Made by a program: the position numbers and the translations under genes
Shown here: positions 49,045 to 59,663 of the stretch, one piece after another
Numbering within the stretch: the first letter of the stretch is position 1
Layout: each line of letters starts with the position of its first letter
Notes under the pieces: model-generated
The model's database searches: none
Told to the model about the DNA's origin: nothing
The model's input: the letters and a program-made list of their open reading frames with translations, nothing else
Assembly: GCA_040954595.2 (NCBI GenBank)
Contig: CM082578.2
Location: forward strand, 3,020,831-3,084,830
Origin: Balanoglossus misakiensis
Lineage: Eukaryota; Animalia; Hemichordata
DNA: 64,000 nt
Direction of reading: 5' to 3'

Positions 49045-52000
49045 TTTGATTTGACGTACGTTGGCGTTCTCTGGTGACTGTGTAGTACACTGGTGACTCA
49101 GCGACTGAGCTGACGGCAGATCATTGTGTCAGATTTTTCTGACGACAGGTAATTTCGCGCCGCGCCGATCATGTCACGGCAGGGGCCGGCTGGGCATGGG
49201 ATCGGGACTACAGGGCAGCGTAGGGAGGATTTTATTCGGAAGACGCAAAAATAAATTGTTCTTACGTAAGAAAGGATCGGTGAATTTCAGAGTAATTTTT
49301 CGAGTAACTGGGTTGAAATGTTGTCAATGAAAAACTTTGATGACATAAGACCGCCCACTTTGGTATGACCATGTAATTTATGAGAGCGTAGGTCACTTGA
49401 TTGGCTGGGTCGCGTTCTACGTACATATCATGCATAGAAGTACCGCCACTTCGTAACCCCTGACCCCAAAATTCAGATGTACTGATTGGCTAATACTGCG
49501 AAACTTAATATGAATATTCACGATCTCATTATTCCATATTTGGCGATCGGGGCGAGTGTATTAACTGGATCGAACGCTAACACTCTCGAAGCTGGGTACT
49601 TCATTTGCATGCATAATTAGGGGTTTTATTTCAAATGAAGGACGCCCTCATCTCACTATCGGTGACCGTTAGACGATTTTTCAGCGAAGAAAAAATCGTC
49701 AAAATACAGTTAGAAAGGTGAGTGATTCTCATGATTTTGGTATCTTCCAAATGTTTAAGGTCTCCGGTTTCGCCCACGAAAAAAAATCGTGAAACTGACG
49801 CGTATTTTTTGAAACATGGGTTAAATACGAGTTTTGTAGGCCTGTGTACACGGCCTGCTAAAACACTGCGTCATTTTCGTTGGCAAGCAATTATCATTAT
49901 TTTATACCCACAAATGTTGAGATTTGATATCAAAACATCGATATAAGAGAGATTTTTTGGTGTTCACGAGCATTTGATGTTCGTAATTAGCCATGGAAAA
50001 GTCACGATTTTAACCCTGTGAAATCCAGCATGGCGGCTGTGTGATGACGTTTACGTAGCCTGTACTATGTAGGCTGCAGCATTGATTGCGTTGATGTTAA
50101 TGGGGATAGACACATTTCGGATATGTTTCAAAATTTCCGTCCATGATTGAAAATTTCTACATGTCAAGCAAATTACTTAGCCAACATTTGTTGTTTTACA
50201 TTTCAGATTTCTGCCAACTGTGTCCAACCTGGTGACTGCTCGCACAGTCCGTGTCCTTGTCCACTGCATGCAGAGTGACGACCGATAGGCTACTCCCAGT
50301 CAAAGCGTACACTATGTACATGTATAATGTAATTCCTATATAAAACAGTGATGTTTCTTTTCATATCAAATTGATCTGTCAGTTTATTCTAGATTGTATG
50401 ATACTGGTAAATTTGTACTGATTGTGACAATAAAACATATAACAGGCTTTGTGGAATATGTACAAACTTTGTTTTCTTGTTGGAACATCAGATATATCAT
50501 GTCAATATGTGTTCAACTAGCAGTCACTGAGTCAGCCTTGAAACTCCTATCCTAGACTTGTAAACTTCCCCACGCCAAACACGGGGATCAGCAAAGACAG
50601 ATTGAAATTCACACACTTTGCTGTCCATATGTTTTAATAAATCATGCAGACTATGCACCTGAATATTGTACAAAATACACAAATACCTAAACCCTTATGT
50701 CTACCCCCAGAGCAGGCTAATCGGGCCGATATACGCACTTGTGCGTGCGTTTCTAGCCGTGCGTACAGGTCTGTGAACGTGAGTTGCCGGCGCGTTATAC
50801 GGCCGTGTGACGCCGGGAACACAAAGATCTGTGCGCAGGCCAGGGCGTGTTGATTTGCGGTCCCGATGTGGACACTGGCGAAGCCTGTCCTTCTCAGTGA
50901 GATTGTACGTGAAACCATAGACAGCAGAGGTGAAACACGCCGGGCTTACGGCAATATTTGTGACCCCAATTGCCCGACAGATGATTTATTATCACCAAAA
51001 TACGTCTGAGTAGATCGAAAGGCTTATTCTTACTGTGAAGCCCTATATTCAATTTTACTTCCGCATTCCCGGTCGAGGTCGATTTCACGCTGCACCGCAG
51101 GACAAAACACTGCGTCAGTTTCTTTGGCAAGGACGCAGAACCCTCAAACTTGCCACAAGTGTTTATGCATATATATTTAATATTTTTTCCCAAATATGAA
51201 GAGTATTCACGACCGGTAACCTTAGTAAATCGGGACTTAAATCGGAGATTTACCTTTCAGTCAGAGTGGGTCAAAGTGTGGCGACGATGACAGCAGAAGT
51301 TTTTACAAAAATCGGCCTCTTGCGTTTTATTATACATTCTAAAACTGTTGTTTATGAAAATTAGATATACAGTTTACCTAAAACCGATGAGATTTTCGCC
51401 GGTCAATCAACCAGTGACAAGAAAATCAAGTTCAAACCTGCACAACTCTCCCGCTCATATGCACTTTGGCCTCGCATGCCCAAGCGAAATCTTATTAGCA
51501 TGTTATTTGCATCAAAGAAAATATGCTAATTTCGGACCCATGTTTCAGAGTGCTAAAAATCCAATGTTTTGTACACAGAGATTTTGTACCGTTCACGAAA
51601 ATCCCTAAGGCTTTTTTCATAGGCCACGTACGCCAGTCAAATTTGACTTGTTGACAGAGAACACACTTCCGCATAGCGTGAAGGATCGTTTTAACGGATA
51701 TCGTCGCGCTAAGAAGCGATTCCGGTGGAAGAGTGCGTCCAAAATCACCCAAAGTCGGTGACATTTTCAGGTGTGGTACGGGTATGCTGAAATCGTAAGA
51801 TACAACGATCATATTCGAAAACAAAATCCTTCACGATCTGAAATTTGACCTAGCTAATTTGCATATCAATGGCGTCAGGGGGCGCGCGCCCACAATCGTG
51901 CAGATTTTCAACTAGTTACCAGCCCCTTGTTAGACTCTGAAAAACGGTTTAGTCCAAATCGGAGTGTAATGTCCCAAAACGACCCATAGCTACGGGCAAA

Positions 52001-53087
52001 AAGATACGGGGACCCATCTTAAGTAGAAGTAACTCTGTTCACAAAATAAAAACAAATACAAACTATTCTGGCGAGTGACTTTGTCCAACTTTGAGCTGAT
52101 AATCCTTCTGACTTAATATGTTGCAAATGTTGCCCAGAAAGAAGAGATATTCAGTGTTTTTGGCCTTCGGGGAACTCGGTAGTTTGTATTCTGGATTAGC
52201 AACTGATAAGACAGGGCATAGCGGTAACCAATGACTCTACTGTCTGTGGAATACAAAAAGGAGAAGATTGTTCAGCAAGTAATGTTCAAATTTGAAAAAA
52301 ATGTAGATCGAAACTTCGTCGTTATACCTCTTTATATTGTTAGCAACGCCCAGTGTAGACTGAAAGATTCTGTCTTGTGCGGACGGACGCTCCTGCAATG
52401 TCTGGAAAGGGTCATAGGCGGCGAGCCGGAGCGCCCTCACGGGACTGAATTTTTTTCAGTCTACACCCAGTAATGAACAATGATATAGGTCCAGTGAGGG
52501 ACCCCTTGGTTTCAACATCTATGGTTTCAAACAAAGCAATATCAGCGATAGTGGTGATTTTTACTCACAAGTAACACAAGTGTTTCTGAGCACAAAAATC
52601 TGCAGGCATAGACGCAACAGTCACAATATAAGGTCACTGAAGGAAAAAAAAAACGAACGAAAGTTTTAAGCCAGGGGAACCTTTTACGTGATCTCTGCAT
52701 AGGTAACACATTTATGTGCCCATTTTATTTTCTTCTTAACAGAGAAGAAATGGCCGATGACGCAGCAGAAATTGCCGTTACTAAGGGGATAACCACTCGC
52801 TTTCTGGGATGGATTGAGGATATTTGGAAGAAAAGTGTTGGCAGATGGTGCCGAGGAAAAAACTCCAATGCAGTGCAATAAAGGAAAACGTGGTTTGGAC
52901 ATGGAAGAAATTCGTGAGCTGCTGTGTGCTACCCGGTTTGATAAACCGCGATTGTAGAGCGGGCTTTGGAAAGAAATATAATAGCTTATGCCAAAAATGC
53001 GAGTTGCACTTATCCTAACTCTGAAAGCACAAGCGAATTTTTCGGTATATCAAAAATCGTCAAACACAACATATTTTAGCCCAAACT

Positions 53088-53125
53088 GGCGCCAGGAGAT
53101 CCTGGGTTCGAATCACGCGGCGCCT
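53088..53125 (+). pseudogene. tRNA-Thr remnant with D and anticodon arms deleted
   Basis: GGCGCC is joined directly to AGGAGATCCTGGGTTCGAATCACGCGGCGCCT. The downstream flank is the same as for the intact Thr copies. Confidence 0.85.
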
Positions 53126-53328
53126 TTTTGATGTACAAACCAATATTAAATAAAATCTCTGATATATTACCGCACGTTAGTTTTGGTCTCCTGAGAATAG
53201 CAAAATGGACCAACGTAGGCCAGTTGGACGTTTTATTAAAACTTAATAGTCCAAAACAAGCAGCCTTTATTCCCACAATGAGTTCTGTTCACTGCCATAT
53301 TTGTTTGATTTCTCAAGAAACAAAAGTG

Positions 53329-53410
53329 TGGCAGCGGTGGGATTCGAACCCACGCCATCGAAATGACTGGTGCCTAAAACCAGCGCCTTTGACCACTCGG
53401 CCACGCTACC
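53329..53410 (-). tRNA. tRNA-Leu(TAG)
   Basis: 82 nt GGTAGCGTGGCCGAG...CTGGTTTTAGGCACCAG...GGTTCGAATCCCACCGCTGCCA, with long variable arm. Confidence 0.92.
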
Positions 53411-53649
53411 TAGACATTTGTGAGCAGTTTCGTCCAAAACACCCAATGACAGTCTTATCGACATATTCTATTTTTAATGTCAAGTTGATGTGACGCCATC
53501 ACTGCATCGACGCATATTATTTTTTTTTATTTTTAATACAATGCATCCTGGAGTCGGTTTCGAAGAAACGTAGTCCACTTGCATGGCGAGACAGTTTATT
53601 CTCACAGAAAACCACATTTTTCAAATCTTACACAAGGCCATCACCATCA

Positions 53650-53924
53650 GGCTAAATAAAAATGTGTTGTTCCGATTACTCGACCTACTCTTGTTTTAGC
53701 CCGCCGACCCTAAACTTTGGTAAACCGGAAGTAAAAATAACGATGTCAAATATACAAAAAATATGAAAATTGCGAGAATCACGCAAGAACTATGACGTCA
53801 TTCTTCTACACTACGGCGACCAAAGATATAAAAAAAATCAAAATAAAGAAATTCCCTTCCTACCTACCTACCCTTTTTTGAAAACCATGTACATGTAATC
53901 AGAACAGCACGTTTTTATTTGGCC
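53650..53924. mobile_element. 275-bp PIF/Harbinger-like MITE
   Basis: TIR GGCTAAATAAAAATGTGTTGTTCCGATTAC / GTAATCAGAACAGCACGTTTTTATTTGGCC, with TCA on both sides. Confidence 0.75.
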
Positions 53925-53999
53925 TCAACTGCCATCAGATTCCTACCCCTTTTCTGTGTTTACACGTGATTCCTGACACCGTTCCAACAGTAGCAAGCA

Positions 54000-54081
54000 A
54001 TTAGCGTGGCCGAGTGGTCTAAGGCGCTGGTGTAAGGCGCCAGTCATTTCGATGGCGTGGGTTCGAATCCCACCGCTGCCA
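54000..54081 (+). pseudogene. tRNA-Leu(AAG), probably pseudogene
   Basis: Leu body with AAG anticodon, but the 5' end is ATTAGCG, which mismatches the first two acceptor pairs. Position 32 is G. Confidence 0.75.
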
Positions 54082-55543
54082 TTTTGTCGATTTCTTTACA
54101 AACCGAACTTAAGTGGGAGAAATCACTTTCTTCGTAGAAAATGCGTGTTTATTTTAGGCCTTAACTAAGAAAAACTCTGTTGCAACATGATTTTTTTTGG
54201 GTGTTTGATGAAATACTAGTAGTCAATCCGTTTCTGGAAAACTACTCAGTTCTGTCACTAACGTAGGCCTAGAGGGCGAAAATTGCTGATATCACCATTG
54301 TAAATTCTGTGCAAAATTTGACCTACATTTTTCAGGGGTACCTAAGAAATTGTCGTTCAGAGAAAAAAAATAGCATCAAGGACACTGTGGTCCCATTTGA
54401 GGATTACGCAGAAATAGGGACACACCAGAATAAAAATTGGTGACATTGAAAGTAGATATGATTTAACCATATAGAAATATGGAATGTAAAAAAAATAACA
54501 AGGAGCATGCCCAATAAACTGTCATGTATCATGGCAGTCTTACAAGCGGTACGAGAAAAAAATATTTTTGACCAAAAATTGTCTGTACAAACACATTTGA
54601 CAAGCAACTTCTTTCAGTCAGCCCTGGAACAGACAGACAGACAGACAGACAGACACACACACACAGACACATTGACCTGCCACTGGTAATTAAAAATTTA
54701 ATAGCCGGTGGTCTATGTAACAGCTGGCTTATTAAAATTATGTAAACATGTCCAAGTTGGGAGTAACAACTCCTTGTAAACAGTAACTTTCAAAACTGGA
54801 CAATTGGTTTAGGAGAAGATTTGCTAACCAAAAACAAAGAAACTTACTAAAAACTCACTAAATATTGAATATTTCTGATATCAGAATTGAATAAAAGCTG
54901 CAAATATATGTGTTATGAAATTGTATCCTAAATTCCAAAGCAATCAGAGAAAAAAACAAATGTCAAAGCAACCCAACAAGCAGTTTCACAGAAAATATTT
55001 GTTCAAAAGTGGCATAAACAATAAACACAAATATGCAAATATCACCAAAATTGTACAATATCTTACTTCAATCACTACAAGGAACATGCCTCCCAAATTG
55101 CAAAGCAAGCTGACATGCGGTTTTGGAGAAAAGGATTTTTGACTAAAAATTGCTCAAAATAATCAATATGCAAATTTTGCAACAATTTGAACAAAACTAT
55201 AGAAACTCAGACCACCAAAAGGAAGCAACATACAGGACTGTATGAGGTTGACATAAGGTACATGCATATCAATTTTCAAATCAATCTGACCAGTGGTTGT
55301 TGAGTTTCTGAGTTTTGACCAATTTCACATTTTCCCCAGCTAACTTGCATATTTTTGGCAATGACAACTTCGTTTAAACAAAATCCTATCTACAGCCCGG
55401 CCTGCATCTACACACCAAATATCGAGGTTATACGCGCAGCAGTTTTCAATGTTTTAATGTAGACGGACATACTATACATTCATCTATCCATCCATCCATA
55501 CATACAGACGCAACTGATCCCATAAGCTCCCATGGTATATTGA

Positions 55544-55938
55544 ACACCTATTGCCTGGCCATGAGGGCCATAGCGGCCGTTTATTACACCTGAGGGGCTG
55601 TGAGTTACCAGAATCATCAGTCACGAGGGGGTAAAAACGGCTGCTATGGCCCGAATATAGGCCAGGCTATAGGTGTTTTATAATAAACCTCATGCTAAAA
55701 GCTGGGAAAGTCTTGCAATTTTCTCTTGAGGTTGGCAGACGACATCTTCCGCGGTGGCCATTGTGTCAGACGAAGCGACGCTGATTGACGTGACCGAGTC
55801 TGCGCACTCACGCTGGTCACGTGACCGGTTTATATTTTTTCTGCTATTTCCCTAGCAGTTCATAGTCGACTTATTTTCCTATCACGTGACGGATTCTGGC
55901 GAATCACGGCACAGTATTAGCATGAGGTATATTATAAA
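55544..55938. repeat. Double-hairpin non-autonomous repeat
   Basis: Inverted pair ACACCTATTGCCTGGCC / GGCCAGGCTATAGGTGT (55544-55676), then TTATAATAAACCTCATGCTAA / TTAGCATGAGGTATATTATAA (55678-55938). Confidence 0.65.
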
Positions 55939-56929
55939 TATACATATAAACCAAATGGAACCTAAACACGGAAGTCTTGCCCCCATGCGGTTGTTCAGAA
56001 CTGTTTTCCTATAGTGCAGACCCCAAAACTGTAGTGCACCCGTAAGATCTGGATTTCCAGACCCCGAAACGGACGTTTAGAGTGGATTTATTCAATTTCC
56101 ACTATTACAGTAACGGCGCAAACAACATTGCCGAACACAGCAGAAAGATAGACGAGGTAAGTATTTTACAATGTTGTCTACACTGAATGGATTTCACCTC
56201 GCCATTGCTATAAAATATTGTTACCGTTTAATACACATAAAAAAGTAAAACAAGAGAAAGTTACTGTGCATACGAACCAGGGCGCGCGCCAAGAATGCTG
56301 GGACAATATCGGACGCAGACGACAGAATGTCGAGCCAGCTATTTTGTTTAATTTTGGCGTGAGAAGGAAACCTCGGCACGGGAAAGGACAGGTAATAATA
56401 TGCTGCTTGAGGAACATTATCAAACGGTGAAAGCTTGTGTGTAGTAAAATTTTGATTTGGATAGAATGAAAAACACGAACATCACCACATTTTTATTTGA
56501 CGTATATAATGATCCATGGTTTTTCTAGTAACCGTGTATAATCCTAGCCCTTCGTACAGCCACTGTGATGTGGTATAGGTCTTTGTTTTTTCCGGTGTTA
56601 CGGTCTCAACCTCGCCAATTTGCTCCACATAGCCTTGCAGGGCTGTGGTGGAGGCCATAACGTTACGCCACCAATACACAGACCTGTGTGCAGGGCTAAC
56701 GTATTTCCATGCTGTCTGTTTGCTATGTGGTTTGATGCCAATACCAGGTAAGTAACGGTCCGACATTCAAACTTGTCAATCAGTCATTGTTAATAAAATA
56801 AACGAACAAATTTTAATGAATCAATACTATTGTTGACCTCATAGGTGATGACTGTGCCTCTTCAGATGGAAATAAATTTATAATCATTAACCTGTGGCGC
56901 GACACCAAGGGCTGAGCCCTATACAATAT

Positions 56930-57762
56930 TATGTTGCAAATGTTGCCTAGAAAATATACGAAGAGATATTCAGTGTTTATGGCATTTGGGGAACTCGGTA
57001 GTTTGTATTCTGGATTAGCAACTGATAAGACAGGGCATAGGGGTAACCAATGACTCTACTGTCTGTGGAATACAAAAAGGACAAGATTGTTAAGCAAGTA
57101 ATGTTCAAATTTGAAAAAAATGTAGATCGGAACTTCGTTGTTATACCTCTTTATATTGTTAGCAACGCCCAGTGTAGACTGAAAGATTCTGTCTTGTGCG
57201 GCCGGACGCTCCTGCAATGTCTGGAAAGGGTCTTAGGCGGCGAGCCGGAGTGCCCTCACAGGACTGACTTTTTTTCAGTCTACTCCCAGTAATGAACAAT
57301 GATATAGGTCCAGTGTGGGACCCCTTGGTTTCAACATCTATGGTTTCAAACAAAGCAATATCAGCGATAGTGGTAATATTTACTCACAAGCCAGATTGTT
57401 TCTGAGCACAAAAAACTGCAGGTATAGACGCAACAGTCACAATATAAGGTCACTGAAGGAAAACAAAAACCCGCACGGAAGTTTTAAGCCAGTGGAACCT
57501 TTTACGTGATCTTTGAATAGGTAAGACATTTCTGTGCCCATTTTATTTTCTTCTTAACAGGGAAGAAATGTCCGAACACAGCTGAAATTGCCGCTACTAA
57601 AGAGATAACCACTCACTTTTTGGGATGGATTGAGGATATTAGGCAGAAAATTTTTGGCAGATGGTGCCGAGGAAAAAACTCCAATGCAGTGCAATAAAGG
57701 AAAACGTGGTTTGGACATGGAAGAAATTCGTGAGCTGCTGTGTGCTACCTGGTTTGATAAAC
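56930..57762. repeat. Segmental duplicate, copy 2 (leader of the tRNA array)
   Basis: Aligns by eye to 52117-52946 with scattered substitutions. Confidence 0.9.
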
Positions 57763-57782
57763 ATATTTTTTGGCTTTATACC

Positions 57783-57856
57783 GGCGCCGTGGCTTAGTTG
57801 GTTAAAGCGCCTGTCTAGTAAACAGGAGATCCTGGGTTCGAATCTCAGCGGTGCCT
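57783..57856 (+). tRNA. tRNA-Thr(AGT)
   Basis: GGCGCCGTGGCTTAGTTGG...CCTGTCTAGTAAACAGG...GGTTCGAATC, followed by a T-run terminator. Confidence 0.93.
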
Positions 57857-57890
57857 TTTTGATGTACAAACCAATATTAAATTTTAAAAT

Positions 57891-57931
57891 GTGCCTAAAA
57901 CCAGCGCCTTTGACCGCTCGGCCACGCTACC
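57891..57931 (-). pseudogene. 5' half of tRNA-Leu(TAG) (also at 58865-58905 and 63421-63461)
   Basis: 41 nt matching Leu positions 1 to just past the anticodon loop, then ATTTT. Confidence 0.9.
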
Positions 57932-58288
57932 TGGACATTTGTGAGGTATGCAAGTGAAATAGCAAGAAGAGATTAATTTTTGGTGGACAAGGCTTGCATA
58001 CTGTTGAATTAATCAAAGATTGATATGTTGTCTGTGGGAGAGCACAATAAGTTTTGGGGTACTTTAATTTTTTGTAGTACTGACATGTCTGTAGGTGCGG
58101 TTTTACAACCGAAAGTCACCGATAAAGTACCGCACGTTAGTTTTGGTCTCCTGAGAATAGCAAAAATGGACGAACGTAGGCCAGTTGGACGTTTTATTAA
58201 AACTTAATATTCCAAAACATCAGCCTTTAATCCCACGGTGATTTCTGTTCACTGCCAAATTTGTTTGATTTCTGAAGAAACAAAAGTG

Positions 58289-58370
58289 TGGCAGCGGTGG
58301 GATTCGAACCCACGCCATCGAAATGACTGGTGCCTAAAACCAGCGCCTTAGACCGCTCGGCCACGCTACC
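58289..58370 (-). tRNA. tRNA-Leu(TAG)
   Basis: Complete 82-nt cloverleaf, with TTTT a few bases downstream. Confidence 0.93.
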
Positions 58371-58756
58371 TGGACATTTGTGAGCAGTTTCGTCCAAAAC
58401 ACAGAATGACAGTTATGGCGCGTAATCGAGGCCGAAATTAACACCTCACTTTTTGAGTGAAACGCATTCGTTTTGAGGCAACACATTTGATTTGAAGGTC
58501 GACACTTTTGAATCGGATGATATCACGTTCCTTTTGAGCTGACACTCATTTTAATCGGACTCCCAAGCATTGGCTTTGAAGGTTGACACTTTTGAATCGC
58601 CGAGGACCACTTTCGTTTTGAGCTGACACGCATTTGAATCGGACGTGACCTCATTTGAGTTGGGACAAACCATTTTTGACTTGGAGTACACTGAATTTGA
58701 TTTGAGTGACGATACTATCAAAAATGGATAGACAACATATTTTTTGGCTTTATACC

Positions 58757-58830
58757 GGCGCCGTGGCTTAGTTGGTTAAAGCGCCTGTCTAGTAAACAGG
58801 AGATCCTGGGTTCGAATCTCAGCGGTGCCT
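58757..58830 (+). tRNA. tRNA-Thr(AGT)
   Basis: Same sequence as 57783-57856. Confidence 0.93.
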
Positions 58831-59262
58831 TTTTGATGTACAAACCAATATTAAATTTTAAAATGTGCCTAAAACCAGCGCCTTTGACCGCTCGGCCACG
58901 CTACCTGGACATTTGTGAGGTATGCAAGTGAAATAGCAAGAAGAGATAAATTTTTGGTGGACAAGGCTTGCATACTGTTGAATTAATCAAAGATTGATAT
59001 GTTGTCTGTGGGAGAGCACAATAAGTTTTGGGGTACTTTAATTTTTTGTAGTACTGACATGTCTGTAGGTGCGGTTTTACAACCGAAAGTCACCGATAAA
59101 GTACCGCACGTTAGTTTTGGTCTCCTGAGAATAGCAAAAATGGACGAACGTAGGCCAGTTGGACGTTTTATTAAAACTTAATATTCCAAAACATCAGCCT
59201 TTAATCCCACGGTGATTTCTGTTCACTGCCAAATTTGTTTGATTTCTGAAGAAACAAAAGTG

Positions 59263-59344
59263 TGGCAGCGGTGGGATTCGAACCCACGCCATCGAAATGA
59301 CTGGTGCCTAAAACCAGCGCCTTAGACCGCTCGGCCACGCTACC
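59263..59344 (-). tRNA. tRNA-Leu(TAG)
   Basis: Same sequence as 58289-58370. Confidence 0.93.
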
Positions 59345-59663
59345 TGGACATTTGTGAGCAGTTTCGTCCAAAACACAGAATGACAGTTATGGCGCGTAAT
59401 CGAGGCCAAAATTAACACCTCACTTTTTGAGTGAAACGCATTCGTTTTGAGGCAACACATTTGATTTGAAGGTCGACACTTTTGAATCGGATGATATCAC
59501 GTTCCTTTTGAGCTGACACTCATTTTAATCGGACTCCCAAGCATTGGCTTTGAAGGTTGACACTTTTGAATCGCCGAGGACCACTTTCGTTTTGAGCTGA
59601 CACGCATTTGAATCGGACGTGACCTCATTTGAGTTGGGACAAACCATTTTTGACTTGGAGTAC

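Larger units (their letters stand above)
42090..49558 (+). mobile_element. 7.47-kb apparently autonomous DNA transposon (transposase + HIRAN protein)
   Basis: Perfect 27-bp TIR CACTCGCCCCGATCGCCAAATATGGAA, flanked by TA at 42088-42089 and 49559-49560. Contains two convergent genes. Confidence 0.9.
41005..52018. mobile_element. Kolobok-like non-autonomous element (TTAA TSD) hosting nested insertions
   Basis: TTAA at 41001-41004 and 52019-52022. Imperfect TIR of ~140 bp starting GATGGGTCC(G)CCGTATCTTTTTGC (41005-41143 against ~51879-52018). Confidence 0.8.
52117..53455. repeat. Segmental duplicate, copy 1 (paralogous to ~56930-58413)
   Basis: Near-identical sequence from TATGTTGCAAATGTTGCC to TTGATAAAC (~830 bp), followed by a homologous Thr/Leu tRNA block. 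Confidence 0.9.

Noticed and set aside
52231-52473. 80-aa ORF conserved at 52231 and 57050
   Set aside because: The conservation is explained by the recent segmental duplication, and there is no domain signal.
54340-55540. Probable dispersed repeats ending in (CAGA)n/(CATA)n microsatellites
   Set aside because: They look repeat-like, but termini and TSDs could not be defined from this single copy.
56482-56766. 94-aa minus-strand ORF
   Set aside because: No recognisable homology or supporting gene structure.
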